Shown piece by piece: positions 24,004-33,819 of a stretch of DNA of 64,000 nt. The stretch is taken from assembly GCA_963844035.1 (NCBI GenBank), contig CAWJMT010000035.1, forward strand, positions 9,537-73,536, read 5' to 3'. Position numbers and translations under genes: made by a program. Below the pieces are notes generated by a model, which did no database searches, was not told where the DNA came from, and was given only the letters and a program-made list of their open reading frames with translations. Position 1 is the first letter of the stretch. Every line of letters begins with the position of its first letter. This stretch comes from an uncultured Gemmatimonadales bacterium. Lineage in GTDB: Bacteria; Gemmatimonadota; Gemmatimonadetes; Gemmatimonadales; GWC2-71-9.

Positions 24004-24906
24004 CTACTTCGGGGTCGAATGGGTCGCGCCGTTGAGAAAGGGCAGGACCGTAGTGGCCAGGATCGGGGCGGCGCCGATCTCATAGTGCGTCAAGTCCGGC
24101 AGAATGGCGAGCCGGTTGGTGGACATGTGCTCGCGCATCCACCCGGCGTCCCTCAAACCCCCGCCGAGCAGCTGGTAGAACGAGACGATGTGCTCGGGAC
24201 GCATCATGTCGGCGTCGCCGTACACCAGCATGACCGGCATGGTGAGCTGCTTCACGCTGGCCGACCAGTCGTAGGGCTGCCGCATGTATTCGCCCATCGC
24301 GTCGAGCAGCCGCGGGAAGTCCTGAGGACGCGGCGCGATCGCTACGTAAGACTTGTACATCGGGGAGTCCTTCATCGCATCAGCCATGGCGGCACCCACC
24401 GCGGCCTGTTGCGGCAGCATTTCGGGGAAAAATCCGTTCTGCGCGTACGGCGTGGACACGAGCACCAGCCGGCGGACCAGCGTGGGATACTGCACGGCGA
24501 GCTGGAACGCCGCGCCGCCACCGAACGAGTAGCCCATCGCGTCCACCTGCCGCAGGCCGAGCTTCTGGACCACTAGCCCCAAGTCGCGGCCGATGTCCAC
24601 CAGGCTGATCTTCCGGGTGCCGAGCGCGGTGTGGCCGTGACCGTGCAGATCGACGCCGATCACACGGCGGGTTTCGGCGAGTTTGGTGAGCACCGGGCCG
24701 AACAGCCCGGTCGAAAACAGCCCACCGTGCAGCAGCAGCAACGGCTCACCTTTCCCTCTGATCTCGAACCAATAGTCCACGCCGTTGGCGGCGACGTAGC
24801 CGCTCGTATCCGGCTTGGCGACAGGTTGCTGCGCCTGGACAGCGGCCGCCGCACCAGCCGTGACAATGGCGGCAGCGATGAATGCGATGTGGGATCGGCG
24901 GGTCAT
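24004..24906 (-). CDS. Alpha/beta hydrolase, secreted
   Basis: Signal MTRRSHIAFIAAAIVTAGAAAAVQA. HGGLFS oxyanion region and nucleophile elbow GYSFGG. Confidence 0.85.
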   Translation of the reverse strand: MTRRSHIAFIAAAIVTAGAAAAVQAQQPVAKPDTSGYVAANGVDYWFEIRGKGEPLLLLHGGLFSTGLFGPVLTKLAETRRVIGVDLHGHGHTALGTRKISLVDIGRDLGLVVQKLGLRQVDAMGYSFGGGAAFQLAVQYPTLVRRLVLVSTPYAQNGFFPEMLPQQAAVGAAMADAMKDSPMYKSYVAIAPRPQDFPRLLDAMGEYMRQPYDWSASVKQLTMPVMLVYGDADMMRPEHIVSFYQLLGGGLRDAGWMREHMSTNRLAILPDLTHYEIGAAPILATTVLPFLNGATHSTPK

Positions 24907-25019
24907 GATCGGCTCCTTGATCGGTTTGGGCGCGCCTGATTGCGCGCTCTACCAGCACGACGAACGAAGGGCAGGGAAATCGACTGGCGGAGCGGTACTC
25001 GTGCGATAACATTGCAGTT

Positions 25020-25490
25020 GTGCCTCCGCATTCGCGCCCTCCGGAGCCGTACGTGCTTCCCCAGCCGGTGGTGGTGGACGGCCTGGCGGTGCGCACCAGC
25101 AACCCCGACGAAGCCCAGCCTGACCGCGCCAGGATCCCGGTATTGTGGGAGCGCTTCTACAATGAGGGCCACTCCGCCGCGGTGGAAGGTGCGGTATACG
25201 GCGTGTACTCCGAGTATGCGACCGATGCGTCGGGGCCTTACACACTGGTCGTCGGTGGTGCGAGCGACGCCGGGTCTCCGGTGCCACCCCTCACACGTGT
25301 GACGATCCCCGCCGGGCGGTATCTGGCCTTCACGAGCGCGGGCGAAGTCCCGGCGGCTGTGGTCGCCGGCTGGCAGGCCGTGTGGGAGTATTTCTCGCGT
25401 CCTGGGGCGCCGCGGCGGGCGTTCACAACGGACTTTGAGCTCTACGACCCGGCCACCCTGTATGAGGTGCGTATCTGCATCGCAGTGTAG
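25020..25490 (+). CDS. GyrI-like small-molecule-binding domain protein
   Basis: ..IPVLWERFY..GVYSEY..PYTLVVG..IPAGRYLAFT..W..FELYD is the pattern of the AraC-effector-binding/GyrI-like fold. Confidence 0.6.
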   Translation: MPPHSRPPEPYVLPQPVVVDGLAVRTSNPDEAQPDRARIPVLWERFYNEGHSAAVEGAVYGVYSEYATDASGPYTLVVGGASDAGSPVPPLTRVTIPAGRYLAFTSAGEVPAAVVAGWQAVWEYFSRPGAPRRAFTTDFELYDPATLYEVRICIAV

Positions 25491-25499
25491 CGTTTGCGA

Positions 25500-26315
25500 C
25501 TACGGCACGCGCGCGCTCACGACCGGCACCATCCACACCGCATAGCCTAAGGGGTCGCGGATATTGGCGATCATCTGATTGAAGTAGGCTGTCGCCTCCT
25601 CGCGGGTGAACCGCGTCAGGGCAGCCACCGACTCCGCATAGCCGTCCCGCCACGCTTCGATGACCGTCGCGAAGGTGTCGCGCGGCACGCGCAACGTGTC
25701 GACGACCACGTAGTCCATGGTGATGTTCGTGCAGCCGAGACTTGCCAGAATGCCAGAAGCGCTGCGCCCGACGAACAGATCGGTCCCGGTCGCCTCACCA
25801 AATTTGGCGGGGACCTCGTGCCAAAAGTCGCGAGGGTCGAGCGCGCCGCGTTGGAAGTGGAGCATCCCATAGTCCTCAGGGATCAGGTGCAGGCGCCCCC
25901 CTGGGCGCGTCACGCGCGCCAGCTCGCCGAGCACCCGGTCGGGATGCGGGATGGAATGGATCACGTGGCGGCACACGGTCAGGTCGAATGTGCGATCGGC
26001 GGCCTCGATCTCGAAGATGCTCTGGTGCTCGAACGTCAACCGGGGCGCCAGCCGTGCATAGCGCGATCGCGCCAGGTCCAGGTGCGGGTCCAGAATATCG
26101 ACCCCAAGTACGCGGGCGCGCGGAAACAGCTCGGCCAGCCGGGACGAGACTTCTCCGGTGCCGCATCCGGCGTCGAGGATGGAGATGTTGTCCGGCAGGG
26201 CATAGCGGCGGATCAGCTCGACCTCCTGGGGCCAGATGGCGAGCGCCTGTGCCGCGAGATTGCGCACCATCGATTCGTCGGCCATCTGCTTCGCCTGGGG
26301 ATTGAGATCCGTCAC
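25500..26315 (-). CDS. Class I SAM-dependent methyltransferase
   Basis: Motif I ILDAGCGTGEVSSRLAE and motif post-I VLGVDI. Confidence 0.85.
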   Translation of the reverse strand: MTDLNPQAKQMADESMVRNLAAQALAIWPQEVELIRRYALPDNISILDAGCGTGEVSSRLAELFPRARVLGVDILDPHLDLARSRYARLAPRLTFEHQSIFEIEAADRTFDLTVCRHVIHSIPHPDRVLGELARVTRPGGRLHLIPEDYGMLHFQRGALDPRDFWHEVPAKFGEATGTDLFVGRSASGILASLGCTNITMDYVVVDTLRVPRDTFATVIEAWRDGYAESVAALTRFTREEATAYFNQMIANIRDPLGYAVWMVPVVSARVP

Positions 26316-26441
26316 GGATGCTCCTCGCTACGGGGAGGCGGCGTATTCGGGATTGTCAGCCACCTACGTGCGAATGTACCCCGCGGTTCCTTAACGAGCG
26401 GAAGTAGCTCTTCACCCTAGCGTCTCCCGCCCCCGCGCTGA

Positions 26442-27827
26442 ATGTTTCATCGCATGACCCAGCACAAATTCCTCCTCGACGAAACGCACCTTCCCAAGGC
26501 CTGGTACAACATCAACGCGGACATGCCCGTGGCACCGGCGCCGGTGCTGCACCCGGGCACGATGCAACCGGTCACCCCGGACTTCCTTGCGGTGTTGTTT
26601 CCGATGGGCCTCATCATGCAGGAGGTGAGCGCAGAGCGCTGGATCGAGATTCCGGAGCCGGTGCGGGAGGTGTACCGCCTGTGGCGCCCCACGCCGCTGC
26701 ATCGCGCGGTGCGTCTCGAGAAGGCGCTCGATACGCCGGCCCACATCTACTACAAGTACGAAGGCGTCTCACCGGTCGGCTCGCACAAGCCCAACACCGC
26801 CGTGGCCCAGGCGTTCTACAACAAGCAGGAGGGCGTGAATGCCCTGACGACCGAGACCGGGGCGGGGCAGTGGGGGAGCGCGCTTGCGATGGCGTGCACC
26901 TTCTTCGACATCGACCTCGAAGTCTTCATGGTGAAGGTGTCGTACCACCAGAAGCCGTACCGCCGCATGATCATGGAGAACTATGGTGCGACGGTGTACG
27001 CGAGCCCCACCGACCGCACCCAGTACGGCCGCCGGCTGCTGGGCGAGGACCCCACGTCCAACGGATCCCTGGGCATCGCCATCTCCGAGGCCGTCGAAGC
27101 CGCCGCGAGCAGCGGCGGGGCCAAGAAATACAGCCTCGGCTCGGTGCTGAATTTCGTGCTGATGCACCAGACGGTGATCGGGCTCGAGGCGCTCGAGCAG
27201 CTGGCGATGGCGGGGGAATATCCGGATATCGTGATCGGCTGTGCCGGCGGGGGATCGAACTTCGGCGGATTTGCGTATCCGTTCCTGCACAAGAATCTGA
27301 CCGAGAAGAAGACGACCAAAGTCATTGCGGTGGAACCCGCATCATGCCCGTCGCTCACGAAGGGGAAGTACACCTTCGACTACGGCGACACTGCCGCCAT
27401 GGCGCCGATCGTCAAGATGCATACCCTCGGCCACACCTTCATGCCCCCCGGGATCCACGCGGGCGGCCTGCGCTACCACGGGATGGCGCCGAGTGTCAGC
27501 GCCCTGGTGGCGAGCGGCCACATAGAAGCGCGCGCGGTGCAGCAGCTCACGACGTTCGACGCCGCCGTGCAGTTTTCCCGCGCGGAAGGGATCATTCCCG
27601 CCCCGGAATCCGCGCACGCGATTCGGGTCGCGATCGATGAGGCGCTGCGCTGCAAGCGGGAGGGGAAGAAGCGGGTGATCGCGTTCAACCTGTCGGGGCA
27701 CGGTCACTTCGACATGACCGCTTACGAGGCCTATCACCAGGGGAAGCTCGAGGACTACGAGTACCCGACGGCACTGGTGGCGGAGGCGATGAAGCATCTG
27801 CCGCAAGTGCCGGCGGGAATGACCTGA
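26442..27827 (+). CDS. TrpB-like PLP-dependent enzyme (tryptophan synthase beta, TrpB2 type)
   Basis: ..LPKAWYNI.. N-terminus. [29 protein letters not shown] contains the PLP lysine region. 461 aa. Confidence 0.9.
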   Translation: MFHRMTQHKFLLDETHLPKAWYNINADMPVAPAPVLHPGTMQPVTPDFLAVLFPMGLIMQEVSAERWIEIPEPVREVYRLWRPTPLHRAVRLEKALDTPAHIYYKYEGVSPVGSHKPNTAVAQAFYNKQEGVNALTTETGAGQWGSALAMACTFFDIDLEVFMVKVSYHQKPYRRMIMENYGATVYASPTDRTQYGRRLLGEDPTSNGSLGIAISEAVEAAASSGGAKKYSLGSVLNFVLMHQTVIGLEALEQLAMAGEYPDIVIGCAGGGSNFGGFAYPFLHKNLTEKKTTKVIAVEPASCPSLTKGKYTFDYGDTAAMAPIVKMHTLGHTFMPPGIHAGGLRYHGMAPSVSALVASGHIEARAVQQLTTFDAAVQFSRAEGIIPAPESAHAIRVAIDEALRCKREGKKRVIAFNLSGHGHFDMTAYEAYHQGKLEDYEYPTALVAEAMKHLPQVPAGMT

Positions 27828-27854
27828 CGTTCCTGCTTCAGCGGGAGCGCCGAG

Positions 27855-27872
27855 CCGCGGGTTTACCCGCGG
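27855..27872. terminator. Hairpin between convergent genes (possible bidirectional terminator)
   Basis: CCGCGGG-TTTA-CCCGCGG is a perfect 7-bp stem. No U-run follows, so this is weak. Confidence 0.3.
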
Positions 27873-27906
27873 ACTCAGTCCTCGTACCCTCCTTTTCGAT
27901 TGTCCA

Positions 27907-28713
27907 TCACGCCGCGCGAAGCAGATCCATCAGCCAGCGATGCAGCGTCGGGTTCCCAGCCACAATCGACCCGCCGCCTAACACGTCGGGCTTTCCGTCG
28001 AGCGTCGTGATGATCCCTCCCGCCTCGCGGACCAGTACCACGCCCCCTGCGACGTCCCACGGCGCGAGACTCAACTCCCAAAACGCATCGAGCCGTCCCG
28101 CTGCCAGATCCGCGAGATCGAGCGCGGCCGCACCAGCCCGGCGGATCCCGCTCGACGCCCCCATGACCGCGGCGAACTGATGGAGATAGCGCTGCAGCGT
28201 GTCGAGACGTTTGAACGGAAATCCGGTGCCCACCAACGCATGGCGGGGCTCGTTGACGCTCGAGACCGCCAGACGCTGGTCACCCATCCAGGCGCCCAGG
28301 CCTCTCCCCCCGCGGCAGCGTCACGTTGCGCGTGACGTCGTGCACCACGCCCACGCACAGGTCACCTTCCACCAGGCAGCCGATCGACACCGCGTATTGC
28401 GGATAGCCGTGGAGGTAGTTGGTCGGTGCCGTCGAGCGGATCCACCACCCACACGACCTCGCCCGCCAGCGTGGCGCGCGGCGTGAGCTCCTCCCCCACG
28501 ACCTTCGAGCCGGGGGACGCGGCGGGCCAGCACCTCGACGATGATCGCTTCCGCCGCGCGGTCGACGCCGGTGACGAAGTCGTGCGTGCTCTTCTCCGTC
28601 CACTCGTGGCGATCGGGGCGCGGAGCCGCTCGCAAATACGCCCCGGCCCGCTCCGCGGCCTCCACCGCCGCATCGACTAAGTCTTTGATTTCTCGCACCT
28701 TGCGGCACCCCAC
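27907..28713 (-). pseudogene. Inositol monophosphatase family protein, at least 3 frameshifts in this sequence
   Basis: The family sequence is spread over four minus-strand frames:
- ..DLVDAAVEAAERAG..KSTHDFVTGVDRAAE (ORF 28321..28866);
- VVGEE..VVWVVDPLDGT (28362..28673);
- TNYLHGYPQYAVSIG..VGVVHD (28280..28744);
- ..GTGFPF..RRAGAAALDLADLAAGRLDAFWE..LAPWDVAGG (27907..28287). Confidence 0.75.
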
Positions 28714-28737
28714 CCGAGTCTCGTAGGTTGTCAGCCC

Positions 28738-29736
28738 ATGGCACGCGTCTTCTCCGGCATCCAGCCCTCTGGTGAGCTGCACATCGGTAACTACCTGGGC
28801 GCGGTCCAGAACTGGGTCAAGCTCCAGCAGCAGCACGACTGTCTTTTCAGCGTGGTTGACCAGCACGCGATCACACAGGCGTACGATGCCTCATCGCTGT
28901 CCCAGCGCACGCTGGAGATGGCGATCGGACTGCTCGGCGCGGGGCTCGACCCGCAGCGTTGCACCCTGTTCGTGCAGTCGCACGTCGCGGAGCACACCGA
29001 GCTGAACTGGTACCTCAACACCGTGACGCCGCTTGGCGAGCTCGAGCGTCAGACCCAGTTCAAGGACAAGGCGCAGCGCCAGGAGAGCGTCCCGGCCGGT
29101 TTGTTGAACTACCCTGTCCTGCAGGCCGCGGACGTGCTGCTCTACGAAGCCACCCTGGTGCCGGTCGGTGAGGACCAGGTGCAACACTTGGAGCTGATGC
29201 GGGAGATCGCGCGGCGCTGGAACGCTCGCTTCAGCGACGGGACGGGGTTCGCGTTCCCGGAGCCGCAGGCGCTGCTGACGACCGCCAAACGGGTCCTCGG
29301 TCTCAACGGCCAGGCGAAGATGTCGAAGAGCCTCGGCAACACCATCGGCTTGCTCGAGTCGCCCGAAGCGATCTGGGAGAAGCTCAGGCCCGCGGCGACC
29401 GATCCGGCGCGGGTCAAGAAGACGGATCCCGGGAACCCCGACATCTGCAACATCTTTACGATCCACCAGGGCTTCTCACCCGCCGACGTACAGAAGACGG
29501 TGGCGCATAACTGCCGGACCGCCGGGTGGGGCTGCATCGACTGCAAGCGCGTATTGGCGGATAACATGATAGCGGGGCTCACGCCGATCCGCGAGCGGGC
29601 AGCGGCGCTGCGCGCCGAGCCGCAGCGAGTCACCGACATCTTGAAGGCGGGAGCGGCGAAAGCGCGCGCGGTGGCACGGCGGACCTTGACCCAGGTACGG
29701 CAGCGGATGGGATTCCTCGAAGGGGCCGAGCCGTAA
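28738..29736 (+). CDS. trpS: Tryptophan--tRNA ligase
   Basis: SGIQPSGELHIGNYLG (HIGH region) and KMSKS at ..QAKMSKSLGN. 332 aa. Confidence 0.95.
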   Translation: MARVFSGIQPSGELHIGNYLGAVQNWVKLQQQHDCLFSVVDQHAITQAYDASSLSQRTLEMAIGLLGAGLDPQRCTLFVQSHVAEHTELNWYLNTVTPLGELERQTQFKDKAQRQESVPAGLLNYPVLQAADVLLYEATLVPVGEDQVQHLELMREIARRWNARFSDGTGFAFPEPQALLTTAKRVLGLNGQAKMSKSLGNTIGLLESPEAIWEKLRPAATDPARVKKTDPGNPDICNIFTIHQGFSPADVQKTVAHNCRTAGWGCIDCKRVLADNMIAGLTPIRERAAALRAEPQRVTDILKAGAAKARAVARRTLTQVRQRMGFLEGAEP

Positions 29737-30413
29737 TGCCCGAAGTCATCCGCCAGGTCGCCGAGACGCTGCAGCTCGGGCTGCTCCTCAAGCTTGGGCT
29801 GGCCACACTGCTCGGCGGCGCGATCGGACTGGAGCGCGAGCTCAGCGGCAAACCGGCGGGCCTCCGCACCAATATCCTGATCTGCATCGGCGCGACCCTG
29901 TTCACCGTCGTGTCGATCCACATGATGGCGCTGGGGGGCGGGGTCGATGCCTCCCGGATTCCCTCCCAGATCGTCACAGGGGTCGGCTTCATCGGCGCCG
30001 GGGCGATTCTCCATGCCCGCGGCGCGGTCACGGGTCTCACCAGCGCAGCGACCATCTGGGTTGTGGCGGCGATCGGCATGGCGCTCGGCGCCGCCGCGTA
30101 TGTCGAAGCCGTCGGTACCACCTTGCTCGTGACGCTGGTGCTGTGGGGACTCCGCTCGGTCGAGCACTTCGTCGCCCGCCAGTCGACCAGGAGCCATGTG
30201 CTGATCCACGCCCGCCCCGAGGAGAAGGCCCCAGAGGAGCTCGAGGCGCTGGTGCGGCGTTCCGGCCTCGACGTGGACCGGTGCGTCGTGCGTCACGAGA
30301 ACGTGGACCTCGTCGTGGAGCTGGAGCTGCGGGGCCCGAAGCGCCTGCACGACCAGGCGATGCTGTCGCTGCTGCACCACCCGGGCGTGCGGACGGTGTC
30401 CACCGGAGAGTGA
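29736..30413 (+). CDS. MgtC/SapB family membrane protein
   Basis: LLGGAIGLERELSGKPAGLRTNILICIGATLFT. The ATG overlaps the trpS stop (TAATG). Confidence 0.85.
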   Translation: MPEVIRQVAETLQLGLLLKLGLATLLGGAIGLERELSGKPAGLRTNILICIGATLFTVVSIHMMALGGGVDASRIPSQIVTGVGFIGAGAILHARGAVTGLTSAATIWVVAAIGMALGAAAYVEAVGTTLLVTLVLWGLRSVEHFVARQSTRSHVLIHARPEEKAPEELEALVRRSGLDVDRCVVRHENVDLVVELELRGPKRLHDQAMLSLLHHPGVRTVSTGE

Positions 30414-31438
30414 TGCGACGCCTGGTCGTCGATCTCGCGTCGGCGGGGACCGCTTGGCGAGTGCCGCCGGCGTCGCTCCAGGCCATTCGCGACGCGCTCG
30501 GCGCGGGCTGGGACGTGGTGGAGGTGGTGGCCCCGGCGACGACCGAAGGGGACGGCGTCCTCGGGACTCCCGAAGCCGAGGCCGCCGCCCGCGGGGCGGA
30601 GGTGTACTTCGGCTACGGCGTGCCCGCCGGTGTGGCAACGGCCGCCCGCGCGACCCTGCGGTGGGCGCATAGCGGGACGGCCGGTGTCGGGTCGGCCCTG
30701 CGCGCCCTCGCCGGTACCGGCATCATCCTCACCAACTCCGCTGCCATGCACGCCGAGCCGACCGCCGACTGGGTGATTGCCAGCATCGCGTATTTCGCGC
30801 GTGCGCTCGACCGGATGCGGCAGGCCCAGAGCGAGCACCGCTGGACCCGGGACGAGTTTACCGAGCTGCGCGAGCCGGTGGTCGAGCTCGCCGACGTACG
30901 CGTCGGAGTGTTCGGGCTCGGCGGGATCGGCAGCGCGGTGGCACGGCGGGCGCTGGCGCTCGGCATGGCGGTCGCCGGCGTGCGCCGGCGTCCGGAGTTG
31001 GGTGGTCCGGCGGGCGTGCGCTGGGTGGGCGGGCTCGCCGATCTGGCGCGGCTCGCCGCCGAGAGTGATTGCCTGGTGATCGCGGCCCCGCAGACTCGCG
31101 AGACGGCGGGAGCGATCGATGGTCGTATCCTGGACCGTCTTCCCAATGGCGCCGTGGTCATCAACGTGTCGCGCGGGCAGCTCCTGCCGGAGGATGGCCT
31201 GCTGCGCGCCCTGGACAGTGGCCGCCTGCGGGGCGCCGCCCTGGACGTGTTCGCGACCGAGCCGCTGCCGCCCGGGCATCGCTTCTGGGACCATCCGCGG
31301 GTCCTGATCAGCCCGCACGCCGCCGCCGTGTCGTCGCGCTTCTGGGAGCGCGAGACCGGTCTCATCCTCGAGAACGTGCGGCGCTATCTTGCAGGGGCAC
31401 CGTTGCTCAACGTCGTGGACCAGGAGGCCGGTTACTGA
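30413..31438 (+). CDS. D-isomer-specific 2-hydroxyacid dehydrogenase family protein
   Basis: In-frame ATG at 30413 overlaps the previous stop (TGATG). NAD fold VGVFGLGGIGSAVARRA. ..NVSRG..L and ..ISPHAA are catalytic-region motifs. Confidence 0.85.
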   Translation: MRRLVVDLASAGTAWRVPPASLQAIRDALGAGWDVVEVVAPATTEGDGVLGTPEAEAAARGAEVYFGYGVPAGVATAARATLRWAHSGTAGVGSALRALAGTGIILTNSAAMHAEPTADWVIASIAYFARALDRMRQAQSEHRWTRDEFTELREPVVELADVRVGVFGLGGIGSAVARRALALGMAVAGVRRRPELGGPAGVRWVGGLADLARLAAESDCLVIAAPQTRETAGAIDGRILDRLPNGAVVINVSRGQLLPEDGLLRALDSGRLRGAALDVFATEPLPPGHRFWDHPRVLISPHAAAVSSRFWERETGLILENVRRYLAGAPLLNVVDQEAGY

Positions 31439-32646
31439 TGGATCACCCGAAATCCCCGGCGCGCTCGAGCGTCCAGGTGAGCGGTCCGCATGGCGGGATG
31501 GAGAAGATCATCAAGGTCGCGATCGACCGCGGGGCGTCCGACGTGCACATCAAGGCCGGGGACGTGTTTCGCGCCCGCATCGACGGCAAGCTGGTGCCCC
31601 TCACCAAGCAGCGGCTCACGCCCGAGCAGACGAGGGCTATCGCCCTGCGGCTGATGCCGAACCAGGACGACCAGGCGAATATCGACCGCCTCCGCGACTA
31701 CGACTGCTCCTGGGGCATGCCCGGGGTCGGGCGCTTCCGGGTCAACATTCTGCGCCAGCGGTCGTCGTTCATGATCGTGATGCGGGTGATTCCGTTCGAG
31801 GTGCCGTCGTTCGAATCGCTCCAACTGCCCGCCGTTCTCCAGGCCGTCGCATCGGCGGAGCGCGGCCTGGTGCTGGTCACGGGACCGACAGGGTCGGGGA
31901 AGAGCTCCACGATGGCCGCGATGGTCAACCACATCAACCAGAACGCGCAGCGACACATCGTGACGCTCGAAAGCCCGATCGAATTCCTCCATCGGGATTT
32001 CAAGTCGTCGGTCACCCAGCGGGAGATCGGCGTCGATACCGACGATTACGGCCGAGGTCTGCGGGCAGCGCTGCGCCAGGATCCCGACGTCGTGTTGGTC
32101 GGGGATCTGCGCGATGCGTCTATCGTCGAGACGGTGCTCAAGGCCGCCGAGACCGGGCACCTCGTCATCTCCGCGATGGACACGCCCGATGTGCGAACCA
32201 CGATCGCGCGGGTGATCTCCATGTTTCACGTCGACGATCAGGACGCGGCCCGCCGGCGGCTGGCGGATTCGCTCCACGCGATCGTCTCGCAGCGCCTGGT
32301 GCCCCGGGCTGACGGCCACGGGAGAGTCGTCGTGGCGGAGGTGCTCGTATGCACGGGCACCGCTCGGGACATGATACGGGGCGCGACGCACACCCCCGAG
32401 CTCCCGGGTTACATGCGCACCGCGCGCGAGACGCATGGCACCCAGACCTTCGATCAGCACCTGGTGGATCTCGTTGCGGCGGGGGTTGTGACACACGAGG
32501 CCGCGTTGACCGCGGCTGGGAACCGGGCGGAGGTCGAGCAGCAGATCCGTACGCTGCCGCGCCGGCTGCCTCATCCGGCGGACCGCGCCGAGAGCACACC
32601 CGCCCCGATTCTGGAAGACCTGTCAAGCATTCTGCCCAGCGACTGA
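31438..32646 (+). CDS. pilT: Type IV pilus twitching-motility ATPase PilT family
   Basis: The ATG overlaps the previous stop (TGATG); the alternative start MEKIIKV is at 31498. ASDVHIKAG, Walker A GPTGSGKSST, ALRQDPDVVLVGDLRD. Confidence 0.9.
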   Translation: MDHPKSPARSSVQVSGPHGGMEKIIKVAIDRGASDVHIKAGDVFRARIDGKLVPLTKQRLTPEQTRAIALRLMPNQDDQANIDRLRDYDCSWGMPGVGRFRVNILRQRSSFMIVMRVIPFEVPSFESLQLPAVLQAVASAERGLVLVTGPTGSGKSSTMAAMVNHINQNAQRHIVTLESPIEFLHRDFKSSVTQREIGVDTDDYGRGLRAALRQDPDVVLVGDLRDASIVETVLKAAETGHLVISAMDTPDVRTTIARVISMFHVDDQDAARRRLADSLHAIVSQRLVPRADGHGRVVVAEVLVCTGTARDMIRGATHTPELPGYMRTARETHGTQTFDQHLVDLVAAGVVTHEAALTAAGNRAEVEQQIRTLPRRLPHPADRAESTPAPILEDLSSILPSD

Positions 32647-32656
32647 GCCCTACCGC

Positions 32657-33721
32657 GTGAGCGACTACCGCGCGCTGTTGCGCGAGCTGTCCGTTCCGCG
32701 TCTTGTCGGTACCCCCGCGCATGCGCAGGTCCGCGAGGTCTTGCGGCGTGAGCTCGCAGCCCGCGGCTACGTCATCCTCGATCATCAGTTCACGATGCGC
32801 CGCACCGCCGGCCCCGGCACCCTGATGCCCGTCGGAGGTGCACTGGTCGCCGCCGCGATCGGCACGGCGGCGCTCACCGCGCTGACGCGGGCGCCCGCGG
32901 CGGTCGCGGCTTGGCTGATAGCGTCGGCCTGCGGCCTGGTCGCCGTGGTATACGCGCGACGGCACGCGGCCGTCCCGGTTGGGGCCGTGAATCTCATCGG
33001 CGTGCGGCCGCGCACGCGCGTCACCGTGTGGCTCGCGGCGCACTACGATTCCAAGGGGCAGCCGCTCTCGATGGCCCTCCGGATCGGCGCGGTGGTCCTC
33101 GCCGCCGTTGGCCTGGCGGGACTGGTCGGGATCGCGCTGACGCGCCTCGCGGGCCATCCCTGGAGCGGTCTGGTCGAGGGGTGCATCGCCGTGCTCGCGG
33201 CGGGCGGCGGGCTGCTGTTGCTCGGGAATCGCGTCACGAACGCATCGCCCGGAGCGGTGGACAACGCCTCCGCGCTTGCAACCGTCTTCGCCATTCTCGA
33301 CCGGCTGCCCGCCGGGGCCCCCGTGGGCGTGCTGTTTCCGGATGCCGAGGAGTATGGGCTGCTGGGCGCGCGCGCGTTGGTGCATACCCGCGCGAACCTG
33401 TTCGAGGGCACCGTGGTCATCAACCTCGACGGCATCGACGATCGCGGTACCGCCATCTGTTTCGTTCACCGCTCAGGCCCCGTAGTCGCCGCCGTCGCGC
33501 ACGAGATCGGTGCCCGGCGGCGGCGCTGGCTGCCCGTTGTTGTGGACGGGCTCGCGTTCGGCCGCGTGGCGCGGGAGTGTGCCACGATCATGCGCGGGGA
33601 CTGGCGGACGGCCACCATCGTCCACTCGCCGCGGGATGTCGCCGAGCGGCTGACGCTCGAGGGCAGCGGCGCCGTGGCGGGCGGGATCGCCCGGGCGCTG
33701 GCCGGTCTATTCCCGAGTTGA
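32657..33721 (+). CDS. M28-family peptidase with internal TM segments
   Basis: ..AAHYDSKGQ.., DNASALATVFAILDRL and LFPDAEEYGLLGARAL are M28 metal-ligand motifs. GTG start. Confidence 0.8.
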   Translation: MSDYRALLRELSVPRLVGTPAHAQVREVLRRELAARGYVILDHQFTMRRTAGPGTLMPVGGALVAAAIGTAALTALTRAPAAVAAWLIASACGLVAVVYARRHAAVPVGAVNLIGVRPRTRVTVWLAAHYDSKGQPLSMALRIGAVVLAAVGLAGLVGIALTRLAGHPWSGLVEGCIAVLAAGGGLLLLGNRVTNASPGAVDNASALATVFAILDRLPAGAPVGVLFPDAEEYGLLGARALVHTRANLFEGTVVINLDGIDDRGTAICFVHRSGPVVAAVAHEIGARRRRWLPVVVDGLAFGRVARECATIMRGDWRTATIVHSPRDVAERLTLEGSGAVAGGIARALAGLFPS

Positions 33722-33730
33722 GGGCCTGCG

Positions 33731-33759
33731 TTGACGCCACCTGGCGTCGTGCCTAATTT
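33731..33759 (+). promoter_or_regulatory. Sigma70-like promoter candidate upstream of the purA leader
   Basis: TTGACG (33731-33736), a 17-nt spacer, then TAATTT (33754-33759). It sits in an unusually AT-rich patch between the M28 stop and purA. Confidence 0.35.
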
Positions 33760-33786
33760 CCTCAGAGGATAAGAGGATATCAGTAT

Positions 33787-33811
33787 GCCCCGCCCGTCGG
33801 GGCTTTTTTTT
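33787..33811 (+). terminator. Intrinsic terminator (or attenuator) immediately upstream of purA
   Basis: GCCCCG-CCCGT-CGGGGC followed by T8. The T-run ends 8 nt before the purA ATG. Confidence 0.7.
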
Positions 33812-33819
33812 GGGGTGCC

